DNA of 64,000 nt from Polyangiaceae bacterium (GCA_050287085.1 JBNKBE010000006.1:207189-271188); one strand, 5' to 3'; counted from the first letter of the stretch, positions 41,873 to 52,118 are shown. The notes: generated by a model from the sequence alone, not told the origin. Numbers and translations are program-made.

Positions 41873-42159
41873 GGGCCCGCGGATGGGCAAGTCTCGCCGC
41901 ACGCCTACTGTCAACCCATTTGAGACAAGCTGGGGCTCTCACGTGAAGCCGCTGCGGGAGCTCGTCGGGGTGTGCCAAAGTACAGCTAAACACCCGATAG
42001 TGCAGCCGTAGCCCGTCAAGGCGAAAGGTGGGTGCCCCGCCCCGAAGTGTTGTTTCGGCGCACATGCTGGTCACCTATGCAACAATCCACCGCCGCTCCC
42101 TGTCGCTGATGTGGCACCTCACCCACCTGGTGGGCTATGGTAGTTGCACTGGAGCACCC

Positions 42160-42987
42160 ATGACTGAGATGCGTCGCGTTCAACCGCTGTTTAGCACCCA
42201 AGTTCGGGAGACTGAAACCCGCGGTGGGGACCCCGAAGAACACACCGAACCTCAATCGGCAGGGCCCGAGGCCCTCAAGGATAGCGCGTTTTCGTGGAGC
42301 CCAGTCGCCGGCATCGGCTGGAGCTATTCGAGTCTGCCGCCGCGCCCCACCTATGGGGCTGACGCCCGAAGCGTGCCGGAAGGCGGCGCCGCTTTGGACG
42401 CGACTCGCTCGCTGAGCGCAACGGCGGGAGCAAGTCGCGAAGCGACTTCCGGAGTGCAGAGCGCCCGGGAGCGCCTCGAGCAAGCGGCGCGCATTCTCAA
42501 GCAGAGCCGTCCCAAGCGCGGCTCCCAGCTGCAGGCTTCCCTGTCCCAGGCGAGCGCCCGCATGATGACCGCCCAGTTTACGGTTGAGGTGCGCCGCGTG
42601 CTCAAGGAGCAAGAGCTCATCCTTCCCATGCTCGAGACGTCCCGCGAGTGGGCCCTGAAGGTGCTCAATCGACAGTACTACGCGATCCGCACGGCGGCCG
42701 AGCTGCTCCGACAGGACAACCTAGCGACCGTGGCCGGTCGCGCCGAGGTGTTGGTTTCGCTGCTCAGCCGAAACCGTCTCGCCTACCGCACAGCCCATGG
42801 TGACGTGCTGCGAGACACCTGGGAGCTACTGAGCTCCGTCTGTGACCACATTCGAGACGCAGGTTCGGACAAGCTGTGTTTCGCCGCCGCCAAGACGGCC
42901 ATCTGCCTGTTTGCCACCGCCGAACCTCAGACTGAAGGCTACGCTCCGGCGGCCCCTCCCCAGAGTCGCTCGACCCCCGCGCGCTAG
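42160..42987 (+). CDS. Hypothetical protein with degenerate HPt (CheA P1-like) C-terminal domain
   Basis: GGAG RBS before ATG 42160; helical pattern FTVEVRRVL...LNRQYYAIRTAAELL...LATVAGRAEVLVSLLSRNRL. Confidence 0.55.
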   Translation: MTEMRRVQPLFSTQVRETETRGGDPEEHTEPQSAGPEALKDSAFSWSPVAGIGWSYSSLPPRPTYGADARSVPEGGAALDATRSLSATAGASREATSGVQSARERLEQAARILKQSRPKRGSQLQASLSQASARMMTAQFTVEVRRVLKEQELILPMLETSREWALKVLNRQYYAIRTAAELLRQDNLATVAGRAEVLVSLLSRNRLAYRTAHGDVLRDTWELLSSVCDHIRDAGSDKLCFAAAKTAICLFATAEPQTEGYAPAAPPQSRSTPAR

Positions 42988-43064
42988 CCGCGGACCCAAT
43001 CCTAATGCCGGATCGTCGCGAGCTAGTCGGCTAGCACGCGACCCTCGCTAGCGGCCAAGGATCG

Positions 43065-44045
43065 CTACCAGCGTTGATGCACCAGAGGCGCTATGCGCGC
43101 TTGATACAGCGCGCGCGCCTCGCTCAGCGTGTCTTGGGATAAGGGCGGGAGGTCCGCTGCGGCGGCGTTCTGCTCCACCTGCTGCACGCTCTTGGCTCCC
43201 GGGATAACGCAGGCAACAGCCGGGTGCGAGAGGATCCACTGCAGGGCAAATTGCGAGAGCGAAGCAGACGGTGGCACCAGCGGACGCAACGCGTCGACGA
43301 ACGCGAGGCCCGTTTCGAAATCGACTCCCGAAAAGGTCTCTCCTCGATCGAAGGCCTCACCGTTCCGATTGTAGTTGCGATGATCGGTGGCTTCGAATTG
43401 CGTGTCCCGCGTCATGCGACCGGTGAGCAGCCCGCTCGACAGCGGCAACCGCGCCAGAATGCCGACGCCGCTGGCTTGAGCCCGCGAAAAGAACAGCTCA
43501 GCGGGTCTTTGACGCAACAGATTGAAGACGATCTGGACGGTGGCTACCCCGGGGTATTCTAGAGACTTTAGCCCTTCCTCAACCCGCTCGACGCTCGTGC
43601 CGTAGTGGGCCACCCGACCATCGGCGACCAACCGGTCCAGCGCCTCAAAGACCTCGGGGCGATAATAGACATCGGTTGGAGGACAATGGATCTGCAGCAG
43701 ATCCAGCTGTTCAACACCCAGGTTCTTGCGGCTGCGCTCCACAAACGCGCTCAGGTTATCGTAGGTGTAACCGTCCGCTACGTGCGGCGACAAGCGACGC
43801 CCTGCTTTGGTCGCGATGCGCACGTCCGGGTGACGGCGCCGATGCTCACCGAGCACACGCTCGCTGCGCCCATCCCCGTACACGTCCGCCGTATCGAAGA
43901 AGTTGATACCAAGCCCAGTTGCGGCCTCGAGTGCCGCCGCTGACTCCGCGTCACTGACAGTCCCGAAGTCACCGCCCAGCGCCCAAGCGCCAAAGCTGAC
44001 CGCAGAGACCTGCCACCCCGTCTTACCCAACTGTCGATATTGCAT
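43065..44045 (-). CDS. Aldo/keto reductase
   Basis: LGKTG..VS, FFDTADVYGDGRSE, ATKAG, LDLLQIH, IPGA. Confidence 0.95.
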   Translation of the reverse strand: MQYRQLGKTGWQVSAVSFGAWALGGDFGTVSDAESAAALEAATGLGINFFDTADVYGDGRSERVLGEHRRRHPDVRIATKAGRRLSPHVADGYTYDNLSAFVERSRKNLGVEQLDLLQIHCPPTDVYYRPEVFEALDRLVADGRVAHYGTSVERVEEGLKSLEYPGVATVQIVFNLLRQRPAELFFSRAQASGVGILARLPLSSGLLTGRMTRDTQFEATDHRNYNRNGEAFDRGETFSGVDFETGLAFVDALRPLVPPSASLSQFALQWILSHPAVACVIPGAKSVQQVEQNAAAADLPPLSQDTLSEARALYQARIAPLVHQRW

Positions 44046-44100
44046 CTTCGTTAATCCAACCCCGCCACGCCGGGCGGTTCAAGAGGACGGCTCAGGTACC

Positions 44101-44484
44101 CTATTGCATGTTCTTGGGATTGCGCAGAGCGAACGCGGGAATTGCCACCTCAAACTCATCCCCGTCCTCGTCGACCATCGTGTAGCTGCCCTGCATGCTG
44201 CCAAACGGAGTCCGAAGCGGGCACCCTGAGCTGTATTCGAATCCCTCCATGGGTCCGAGCGTCGGTTGACGGCCCACGACCCCGGCGCCGCGCACCTCTT
44301 CTACCTCGCCTTCAGCGTCGGTGATAAGCCAATGCCGATCCCGCAGCTGGGCCGCCCGCTCGCCGAGATTGACCACCTCTACCGTGTAGACGAAGAACCA
44401 CATGCGCCGCTCAGGCTCGGAGCGCTCGGGCGCGTAGCGACACGTCACAGTCACTTTGATGTCGTGGGTGGTGCAACTGGGCAT
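44101..44484 (-). CDS. apaG: ApaG protein
   Basis: QLRDRHWLITD, GAGVVGRQP, YSSGCPL.TP.GSMQG.Y. Confidence 0.95.
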   Translation of the reverse strand: MPSCTTHDIKVTVTCRYAPERSEPERRMWFFVYTVEVVNLGERAAQLRDRHWLITDAEGEVEEVRGAGVVGRQPTLGPMEGFEYSSGCPLRTPFGSMQGSYTMVDEDGDEFEVAIPAFALRNPKNMQ

Positions 44485-44631
44485 AGTGCGCGCTCGTAGC
44501 ATCCGCTCTCACACCGTGAAACCCCAAAACGCGCACGCCGCAGCGCCGAATGGGGCCCAATGCCCCCCCCGCGATACAAAGGGATAAACTCGGCCCTTGA
44601 TCATTTAGTTAACCATGGTTAACTAATAGCT

Positions 44632-45972
44632 ATGAGCTCGCTCCTCCCGGGCCGCAGGGCACTCTTACGTCTGGCCTTGCCCATCATCGTTTCCAACCTC
44701 TCCACCCCCCTTCTGGGCCTCGTCGACACGGCCGTTCTCGGGCGGCTACCGGGGCCCGACTTCCTCGGCGCAGCCGCGCTAGGCGCGCTGATTTTCACGG
44801 TATTGTTTTGGGCCTTTGGCTCGCTGCGAATGGGTACCACCGGCCTCACGGCACAAGCTCTGGGCAGTGGCAATCTACAAGAAGTCAGCGGCCAGCTGGG
44901 ACGCGGGTTGGGGCTGGCAGCGAGCCTCGGCTTGCTGCTCATCCTGGTTCAGTCGCCGGTGGCAACCCTCGCTATCCACTGGCTCGACGCCCCCGCTGCG
45001 GTGGCACGCGAGGTCTTGGCCTACTACTCGGTGCGCATCTATTCTGCCCCACTGGCCCTCGGCAACTACGTGCTTCTGGGGTGGTTCCTAGGTTTAGGAC
45101 GCACTCGAAGCGCTCTGTTGCTGCAGGTAGTGCTCAACGTGACGAACCTGGTGCTGGACGCCTACTTGGTCCTGGTGGTGGGGCTTCAGACCGAAGGGGT
45201 AGCCTGGGGCACTCTGCTTGCAGAAGCTACAGCTCTGGGAGTGGGCCTCGTGCTGGTATTCCGGACGGCGCGTGCGCTAGCCCTGCCAACGCCTCGTCTG
45301 CGTGCGAGCGACTTGCCGGCCTTGCTCTCGACCCTAAAACTCAACGCCAACATCTCCGTCCGCACCCTTTCGCTGGTGGCGATCTTCGCGCTCTTCCAAC
45401 AACAGAGCGCTGCCCTGGGCGCGGTCACTCTCGCCGCTACCGCCGTGCTCCTGCAGCTGGTTTCCTTCTCCGCGTATTTTCTGGATGGTATCGCTTTTGC
45501 CACAGAGGCGCTGGTGGGCCGTGCGATCGGAGAGCGAGACATGCCGGGGCTGCGACGCAGCGTCCGACACTCCACGGAAGTCGCTACGGGGCTGGCCCTC
45601 ATGCTCAGCCTGGGGTTTGCCTTGAGCGCTCCCGTTGTCATCGAGCTTCTCGCGCAGGATGAAGCCGTGCGCGCTGCCGCCAAGAGCCACGTGTTATGGG
45701 CCATCGGCGCGCCCCTGGCAGGCGTGTTCGCGTTTCAACTCGACGGCATCTTCATAGGAGCAACACTCGGCTTCCGCATGCGCAACGGTATGCTCCTTAC
45801 GCTAGGCGCGTTCTTGCTTGCGCTCGCTGTCCTGCGTCCGCTTGGAGCGCACGGGCTGTGGGCGGCTCTGTACTTCCACTACGTGGCCCGAACCGCAGCA
45901 CTCGCATTGCAGCTCCGTCACGTCTACGCTCAAGCGGCGCTTCCTGCCGAAGCGCCGTCACCCGCGGGCTAA
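44632..45972 (+). CDS. MATE efflux transporter (DinF-like)
   Basis: LALPIIVSNLSTPLLGLVDTAVLG, LRMGTTG, about 12 TM. Confidence 0.93.
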   Translation: MSSLLPGRRALLRLALPIIVSNLSTPLLGLVDTAVLGRLPGPDFLGAAALGALIFTVLFWAFGSLRMGTTGLTAQALGSGNLQEVSGQLGRGLGLAASLGLLLILVQSPVATLAIHWLDAPAAVAREVLAYYSVRIYSAPLALGNYVLLGWFLGLGRTRSALLLQVVLNVTNLVLDAYLVLVVGLQTEGVAWGTLLAEATALGVGLVLVFRTARALALPTPRLRASDLPALLSTLKLNANISVRTLSLVAIFALFQQQSAALGAVTLAATAVLLQLVSFSAYFLDGIAFATEALVGRAIGERDMPGLRRSVRHSTEVATGLALMLSLGFALSAPVVIELLAQDEAVRAAAKSHVLWAIGAPLAGVFAFQLDGIFIGATLGFRMRNGMLLTLGAFLLALAVLRPLGAHGLWAALYFHYVARTAALALQLRHVYAQAALPAEAPSPAG

Positions 45973-46009
45973 TCGCTGCCCGGCAAGAGCCGCAGCACAC
46001 GCCCCCAGC

Positions 46010-46342
46010 TCACCCTTCCGGATGTTCGTTTGCAAACGCCGCGAGGCTCTCCTGCGAGATTCGGATCTGAACCAGTCCGTCCCTTTCGATTCGAGCCTGA
46101 CAGCCTAATCGAGACTGGATTCGAACGTCGAAGGCCTTGTCGAGAATATCCTCCTCGTCTTCGGACGCATCGCTCAATAGCTCCGCCCCCCCCTCCACGT
46201 AGACGTGACACGTGGAGCAGGCACAAACGCCTCCGCAGGCATCACCTTCGGGCGCCTTCGCTTTGCGAGATGCCTCCAGAATGCTCGTCCCCACAGGCAC
46301 TTCCACCGAAAGCCCCTGCTCTAGAAATTCAACTGTCGCCAT
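46010..46342 (-). CDS. fdx: ISC-type [2Fe-2S] ferredoxin
   Basis: CGGVCACSTCH, SRLGCQ; last gene of isc operon. Confidence 0.95.
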   Translation of the reverse strand: MATVEFLEQGLSVEVPVGTSILEASRKAKAPEGDACGGVCACSTCHVYVEGGAELLSDASEDEEDILDKAFDVRIQSRLGCQARIERDGLVQIRISQESLAAFANEHPEG

Positions 46343-48321
46343 CAATCCTCCGAGAAGTCAAGCAGCCCTGCCGAAGCATTGCTCCCCACTTCGCGTTCTT
46401 TCCGCGCGGCGTCATGCTCGCGCACATGAGCGTCCACGCCTTTGGCTTGCGCTACGTCGGCGAAGACCTGCTCCACGCCCTGGCCCGCGAGCGCCTCCAA
46501 GATCGCCTGATTCATGCGCCTACCAGCCCAATCATGGGTCGCTTGATCCAGGGCTTCCACGCAGTTTTGTACCTGCCCCGGTCGCTTCGCGTCGGCGATC
46601 GCGCGGCGGAGTTCAGCCATTGCCTGCTCAATGCGACTCCGCTCCTCGGCGTTCAGCAAGGAATTGCCCCCATCCGATTGCAGCGCCTTTTCCGTCGCAA
46701 GCAACAACCGGGAGCCCTCCACCCGCGCCTCGACAAGCCGTCGCAGCTCAAAGTCGTCTTCACCATGATCGAGCGCGTCAATCAACATTCGCTCAACCTG
46801 CTCGTCGTCCAAGCCGTAGCTGGGCTTCACTTCCACGCTCTGAGACACCCCCGTTGTCAGCTCTCTGGCATCAACTGTGAGCAGCCCGTTTTCGTCGACC
46901 GAGAAGTGCACCTCGAGCCGCGCCTGGCCCGCCGGCATGGGAGGAACCCCCTTCAAGGTAAAACGAGCCAGCGAGCGACAGTCGGCTGCCAGCTCACGCT
47001 CCCCCTGCACAACGTGGATCTCAAAACCGGTCTGATTGTCCGCGTAGGTCGTAAACGTGGCGCGAGCCCCAGTTGGAATGGTCGTGTTGCGCGGCAGAAT
47101 CTTGTCCACCGCGCCGCCCATGGTTTCCACGCCAAGCGACAGCGGCAACACGTCGAGCAGCAGGACCTCGTCGCTTGCCTGCGAGAGGAGCTCGGCCTGC
47201 AGCGCCGCGCCATAGGCCACAACCAAGTCAGGGTCGATATCCCCCAGCGGCTCCCGTTCGAAAACCGAGGCCACGTACCGCCGCACCACGGGCGAGCGAG
47301 TGCTGCCCCCCACCAGGATGATGCCATCGAGTTCATCGGGGCTGAGCTCCGCATCGCGCAGGGCTTTTCGACAAGCGCGCCCCGTCCGTTGCAACAAGGG
47401 CTCCGCCAGCTTGGCAAACGCCATGCGATCGATGGTGTATTCCACCTCACCGCCCCCGCGCTTGGGCAGCTTGGCAACGACCGTTGCGGCCTCCGTCAAG
47501 CCGTGTTTGGCGCGGCGAGCTGCCCCAAGCACCACGCCGATCACTTCCGGCGGAGCCGTCTTCGGCTCAAACCCCATCAGCGACAGCATTTCCGCGGCCA
47601 CAAGGCGATCGATATCATCGCCCCCCAGCGCCGAGTCCCCACCGGTTGCCCGCACCTGAAATACGCCATCCTCCAGGCGCAGGACCGTGACATCGAAGGT
47701 GCCTCCCCCCAAGTCATAGACGACGAAGGTACCGTTCTGCCCCTTCTCCAAGCCATACGCCAACGCGGCAGCGGTCGGTTCGTTGAGCAAGCGCAGCACA
47801 TTCAGTCCGGCAATTCGCCCAGCGTCCTTGGTCGCCTGACGCTGCGCGTCGTCGAAGTAGGCGGGCACCGTGATCACCACTCCTCCTACGGCTCCCAGCT
47901 GTTCGCGCGCGCTTTGATGCAGACTGCGCAGGAGCTCCGCACTTGCCTCCACGGCGCTGACCACTCGGTTGCCCACATCGAAGCGGACGACGCGGCGCTC
48001 GGCGTCATTGTCCGCACTCGCAAAGCGGTACGTAGACAACGCCTGCAGCTGCTCGTCGTCCATACCACGACCGATGAAGCGCTTGACGCTCTGCAGCGTG
48101 CGCTGAGGCTCACGCTCGGCGTAGCTCAGTGCACTGCGGCCTACGATCACTTCCCCATGCGCCCCGTAGTGAACCACGCTGGGCAGCAGCTGTCCGCCGT
48201 CGCAGTTGGTGAGAGCGAATGGCCGTTCGTCGCGCACGACCGCCACCACGGAGTTGGTTGTTCCAAGGTCGATGCCGATGGCTTGGGGAGGGGCTTTGGG
48301 ATCAAAGATGTCGAGTAACAT
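46342..48321 (-). CDS. hscA: Fe-S assembly Hsp70 chaperone
   Basis: GIDLGTTNS, TVPAYFDDAQRQAT, DLGGGTFD, RRMNQAILEAL; operon context. Confidence 0.95.
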   Translation of the reverse strand: MLLDIFDPKAPPQAIGIDLGTTNSVVAVVRDERPFALTNCDGGQLLPSVVHYGAHGEVIVGRSALSYAEREPQRTLQSVKRFIGRGMDDEQLQALSTYRFASADNDAERRVVRFDVGNRVVSAVEASAELLRSLHQSAREQLGAVGGVVITVPAYFDDAQRQATKDAGRIAGLNVLRLLNEPTAAALAYGLEKGQNGTFVVYDLGGGTFDVTVLRLEDGVFQVRATGGDSALGGDDIDRLVAAEMLSLMGFEPKTAPPEVIGVVLGAARRAKHGLTEAATVVAKLPKRGGGEVEYTIDRMAFAKLAEPLLQRTGRACRKALRDAELSPDELDGIILVGGSTRSPVVRRYVASVFEREPLGDIDPDLVVAYGAALQAELLSQASDEVLLLDVLPLSLGVETMGGAVDKILPRNTTIPTGARATFTTYADNQTGFEIHVVQGERELAADCRSLARFTLKGVPPMPAGQARLEVHFSVDENGLLTVDARELTTGVSQSVEVKPSYGLDDEQVERMLIDALDHGEDDFELRRLVEARVEGSRLLLATEKALQSDGGNSLLNAEERSRIEQAMAELRRAIADAKRPGQVQNCVEALDQATHDWAGRRMNQAILEALAGQGVEQVFADVAQAKGVDAHVREHDAARKEREVGSNASAGLLDFSED

Positions 48322-48346
48322 GAAGATTGGCTCTGGCGGCGAAGGT

Positions 48347-48892
48347 TCAAGCGAGCTGCATTTCGTCCAACTGCGAGGTCGCCTCATCGACAAGTCGCTG
48401 CAGATAGCGCAGCTCCGCCAAGGAGACGAAGAGCTCGGACACCTCCGCGCATTGTGTCCGCTCGGATTCCGGAATCGCTTGTGCGGCAGTGAATAAGGCC
48501 GCCAAGTGCTCCAGTGCGGCCCCCCGTCGATCAGAGGCGCGGCGGACCAACTTGGACAAGGCGCTCTCATCGCGAGCCGCCACATAGGAGCTCAGCTCTT
48601 CCCTCAGTTCCATCATCTCGAACAAGAAGGATTGAGACGTCGAGCCCTTGGGTTCGGCCAGTCCTAGGCGAGAGAGCAGCAATTCGGCGCGACGCACCGG
48701 ATCGCGCAAAGCGCGGTGCGCCTCATTGACGGCGATGGCGTCACTCAACGCGCGCCGCCGCTCGGCGGGCAATGCACCCACGAAGCGATCGGGGTGCAAC
48801 GCTCGGGAAAGCTCCAGATGTCGCTTGTCGAGCGTTGTGCGTTCCAGCGCAAATACCGGTTCAAGCCCCAGAGTGTCGTAGGCGTCAGTCAT
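48347..48892 (-). CDS. hscB: Fe-S co-chaperone
   Basis: J-domain HPDRF, LRDPVRRAELLL, FLFEMMELRE. Confidence 0.93.
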   Translation of the reverse strand: MTDAYDTLGLEPVFALERTTLDKRHLELSRALHPDRFVGALPAERRRALSDAIAVNEAHRALRDPVRRAELLLSRLGLAEPKGSTSQSFLFEMMELREELSSYVAARDESALSKLVRRASDRRGAALEHLAALFTAAQAIPESERTQCAEVSELFVSLAELRYLQRLVDEATSQLDEMQLA

Positions 48893-48982
48893 GCCAATTA
48901 GCTTCGACAAGCCCCCATGGATCAGACCGAGAGCCCGCCCCAACACAGCGATGCACTACGACCTTGCCACGCGGCGGACTCG

Positions 48983-49462
48983 CTACTTCACGGTAAACGA
49001 GTGTCCACAACCACAGCTCGCAGCTTCCTGTGGATTGAGGTACTTGAAGCCGCGAAACATCATCGTGTTCACATAGTCCAAAGTGGAACCGCCAAGATAG
49101 ATCAAGCTCTTCTTGTCGACGTAAAAACGCACGCCACCGTAGTCCGCAACCGTGTCCCGCTCACGCGGGGGCTCGTCCGAAAACTCGATGACGTACTGAA
49201 ACCCGCTGCAACCGCCGCCGCGCACGCCAAGCCGAATCGCCGCGTCGGGCGTGCCGCGCTTCAGCAAACGCTGCTTGGCGTACTTCACGGCAGCCTCGCT
49301 CACATGTATTCCGGGGCGCGCGCGGCCAGCGGGCTCAGGACGCTGGGGTGCGTCACTGGGCTCTCCCACGGCGGCGCCCGAAGAGGAGTGCTCATCACGC
49401 TCAACGGGGCGGCTGACGCCACTTGCGACTCCTGATGTCATCGAAGCCACCGCAGCTGTCAT
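48983..49462 (-). CDS. iscA: A-type Fe-S carrier with N-terminal extension
   Basis: GGGCSGFQY, CGCGHSF; ATGA overlap with iscU. Confidence 0.93.
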   Translation of the reverse strand: MTAAVASMTSGVASGVSRPVERDEHSSSGAAVGEPSDAPQRPEPAGRARPGIHVSEAAVKYAKQRLLKRGTPDAAIRLGVRGGGCSGFQYVIEFSDEPPRERDTVADYGGVRFYVDKKSLIYLGGSTLDYVNTMMFRGFKYLNPQEAASCGCGHSFTVK

Positions 49463-49863
49463 TTGTCCGCCAATGCCTTTCGCGCCGCTTGTTTCTTGCG
49501 GAAGTCCTCGACAGCGCTCTTGATCGCATCTTCCGCCAGCACCGAGCAGTGAATCTTCACGGGTGGCAAGTTGAGCTCCTCCGCGATCTGGCTGTTGCTG
49601 AGCTTCTCCGCTTCGTCGAGGCGCTTGCCTTTGATCCACTCCGTGGCCAGAGACGACGAGGCAATGGCCGAACCACACCCGAAGGTCTTGAACTTCGCGT
49701 CTTCAATCACGCCATCGTCGCTGACTTGAATCTGCAAACGCATGACGTCGCCACACGCTGGAGCCCCCACCAGCCCTGTTCCCACGCTCTCCGACGACGC
49801 GTCCAACGTCCCGACGTTGCGCGGATTCTCGTAGTGCTCGATGACTTTATCGCTGTAGGCCAT
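49459..49863 (-). CDS. iscU: Fe-S scaffold
   Basis: MAYSDKVIEHY, APACGDVM, FGCGSAIAS, LPPVKIHCS. Confidence 0.98.
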   Translation of the reverse strand: MAYSDKVIEHYENPRNVGTLDASSESVGTGLVGAPACGDVMRLQIQVSDDGVIEDAKFKTFGCGSAIASSSLATEWIKGKRLDEAEKLSNSQIAEELNLPPVKIHCSVLAEDAIKSAVEDFRKKQAARKALADK

Positions 49864-49923
49864 GATGGTCTCCTAATACAGTCCGTGTTTCTCGGATGTT
49901 AAGCTCATTGTAAATAGCAAGCC

Positions 49924-49968
49924 CAGGGCGCTTCCTAGCAGGGCGCTTCCTAGCAGGGCGCTTCCTAG
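49924..49968. repeat. 15-bp tandem repeat CAGGGCGCTTCCTAG x3 between iscS and iscU
   Basis: Three exact copies plus a degenerate fourth. Confidence 0.9.
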
Positions 49969-49992
49969 CAGGACGCATCCTGTTCAGAATGT

Positions 49993-51216
49993 TCAGTGCG
50001 CCGCCCATTGAATGCTCTTGATGTCGATGCCTTGCTGGTGCATCTCGTAGAGTGGCGACATCTCACGCAGCTTCTTGACCTTGGCGCTGACCAAGTCGGC
50101 AACGTAATCCACTTCCTCTTCGGTGTTGAAGCGACCGAGGCCAAATCGAAGCGATGAGTGAGCGAGATCCTCGTCAAGCCCCATTGAGTGAAGCACGTAG
50201 CTCGGCTCCAAGCTGGCGCTGGTACACGCAGAGCCACTCGAAACCGCAACGTCTTTGATCGCCATCATCAGGGCTTCGCCCTCGACGAACGCAAACGAAA
50301 TATTCAGGTTGCCGGCCAGGCGCTGCGTCGGATGTCCGTTGAGAAAGATCTGGTCCAACGCATCGCCAAGACGACGATGCAAGCGCTCTCGAAGGGCGTG
50401 AAGCCGCTCCGCCTCCGCCTTGCCCTCGGCCATCATCAACTCACAAGCCTTGGCGAACCCCACGATGCCCGGCACATTCAAAGTCCCAGAGCGGTTGCCC
50501 CGCTCATGACCACCACCATCCATCTGGGCGGTCAGGCGAACACGGGGCTTGGAGCGGCGCACATACAACGCCCCTACCCCCTTCGGACCGTAGATCTTGT
50601 GGGCCGTGATCGACGCCAGATCCACGTTCATCGCTTCGACGTCAAAGGGCGTCTTGCCCACGCCTTGAACCGCATCGGTATGAAGCAGGACCCCCGCCTT
50701 GCGGGTCAGGGCGCCAATCTCTTGTAGCGGCTGAATCGTTCCAACTTCATTGTTGGCCAACATCACGCTCACAAGAATTGTCTTGTCCGTCAGTGCGGCG
50801 GCGATCTTCTCCGGCTCAACGAGGCCCTGCTCGTTGGCTTTGACATAGGTTACCTCAAAGCCATCGCGCTCGAGCCGTTTGCAACTATCCAGCACGGCCT
50901 TGTGCTCTATGCTGGAGGTAATGATGTGATTGCCTCGCGGACGGTAGTACTCTGCCACCCCTTTGATCGCGAGGTTGTCGCTCTCCGTAGCCCCGGAGGT
51001 GAACACGATTTCCTTGCCGCTCTTTGCGCCGATGAAAGCGGCAATCTTCTCACGCGCGTCGTCTACCGCGGCTTCTGCCTGCCAGCCGAACGCGTGAGTG
51101 CGACTGGCTGCATTGCCGAAGTGCTCGGTGAAATACGGGAGCATGGCCTCTACCACACGCGGGTCGACAGGCGTCGTCGCGTGGTTGTCCATGTAGATGG
51201 GTAACTTGATGGTCAT
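49993..51216 (-). CDS. iscS: Cysteine desulfurase
   Basis: [43 protein letters not shown]-terminal SPLYEM...QWAAH. Confidence 0.98.
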   Translation of the reverse strand: MTIKLPIYMDNHATTPVDPRVVEAMLPYFTEHFGNAASRTHAFGWQAEAAVDDAREKIAAFIGAKSGKEIVFTSGATESDNLAIKGVAEYYRPRGNHIITSSIEHKAVLDSCKRLERDGFEVTYVKANEQGLVEPEKIAAALTDKTILVSVMLANNEVGTIQPLQEIGALTRKAGVLLHTDAVQGVGKTPFDVEAMNVDLASITAHKIYGPKGVGALYVRRSKPRVRLTAQMDGGGHERGNRSGTLNVPGIVGFAKACELMMAEGKAEAERLHALRERLHRRLGDALDQIFLNGHPTQRLAGNLNISFAFVEGEALMMAIKDVAVSSGSACTSASLEPSYVLHSMGLDEDLAHSSLRFGLGRFNTEEEVDYVADLVSAKVKKLREMSPLYEMHQQGIDIKSIQWAAH

Positions 51217-51257
51217 ATCAGTCTCGGTTTAGAAGCCTTTGTACCGGTGGCAAACGC

Positions 51258-51830
51258 TCACAGATTGACAGCCGCACCCGCCACCAGTTCTGGGGCCTTG
51301 CCGCCGCCCCGTTGGTGCGCAGCACAGCTCTTGCAGTCGGGATCGTTCACTTCGTGCTCGCAGGCGCTGGTACAGGTGTTGAGAAACGCCAGGCTGGCTT
51401 CCAACTCAAGCTCAAGTTCCCGGTACTTGCGTACCGTTTCACGCACCTCGGCGAGCTTCTCGGAGTACACAGCCTTCAAGTCGGCCGCGGCACGGCGCGC
51501 CGATTCGGACGCTGCCCTTTGCAGCATGATGGCCTGGATATCCGGCAACGACAGGCCGAGGCTCTGCAGCTTGGTGATCCACGACACCCGGAGCCGTGCG
51601 TCCGGAGCATACAGCCGATAGCGCCCTTTACTGCGCCGCACGGGCGTCAGCAGGCCCAAATCCTCGTAGAGGTGAATGGCACGCACGGTCTTGCCCGTGG
51701 CTTTCGCTAACTCCCCCACCTGGAGCAGGCTGTCTTCCTCCCATTCGACGCGCCCCACGGCCATTCCCTTCGCCTCGAGCTCCGGCTCGGGGCTGCCCAT
51801 GACAGCGAGATGGCGACGGGGTTTGGTCAT
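51258..51830 (-). CDS. MerR-family regulator with C-terminal Cys cluster
   Basis: VGELAKATGKTVRAIHLYEDLGLL, YRLY, coiled coil, C-x3-C-x8-C-x2-C; start could be 51830 or 51800. Confidence 0.88.
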   Translation of the reverse strand: MTKPRRHLAVMGSPEPELEAKGMAVGRVEWEEDSLLQVGELAKATGKTVRAIHLYEDLGLLTPVRRSKGRYRLYAPDARLRVSWITKLQSLGLSLPDIQAIMLQRAASESARRAAADLKAVYSEKLAEVRETVRKYRELELELEASLAFLNTCTSACEHEVNDPDCKSCAAHQRGGGKAPELVAGAAVNL

Positions 51831-51915
51831 CAGACGTGGTGGTAGGAGGGCTGGCACCGGGAAGGAGCGAACGCGAAGCCCGCGTTCGGAATGTGAGGCG
51901 AGGTGCCACCAACAC

Positions 51916-51939
51916 AACCCTTACGTATGGGTGAGGGTT
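51916..51939. promoter_or_regulatory. Dyad operator candidate AACCCTTAC-N6-GTGAGGGTT
   Basis: 8 of 9 bp inverted repeat just downstream of the predicted promoter of the merR-isc unit. Confidence 0.55.
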
Positions 51940-51951
51940 GCTGGTAGATGT

Positions 51952-51980
51952 TTGGTAGCGCTCCCCACCCGGCTTGTCAA
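51952..51980 (-). promoter_or_regulatory. Sigma-70-type promoter for merR-isc
   Basis: TTGACA-N17-TACCAA on the minus strand. Confidence 0.55.
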
Positions 51981-52090
51981 CGGCCGCTGCTCGTCGCGTC
52001 CCAGATCTTGGAAACCCCCAGTGATCTCGCCCCGGAACGTTGCACCGCAGAGCACCGCCGACGTATTTCACATGCTCGATACATTCCTGC

Positions 52091-52118
52091 TTGACTCCAG
52101 AATCCCTGCGACTATGTT
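52091..52118 (+). promoter_or_regulatory. Sigma-70-type promoter for the tRNA
   Basis: TTGACT-N16-TATGTT, 13 nt before the tRNA. Confidence 0.55.

Noticed and set aside
46030..48318. 762-aa + strand ORF
   Set aside because: Antisense shadow of hscA/fdx; long antisense frames opposite Hsp70 genes are a known artefact in GC-rich DNA.
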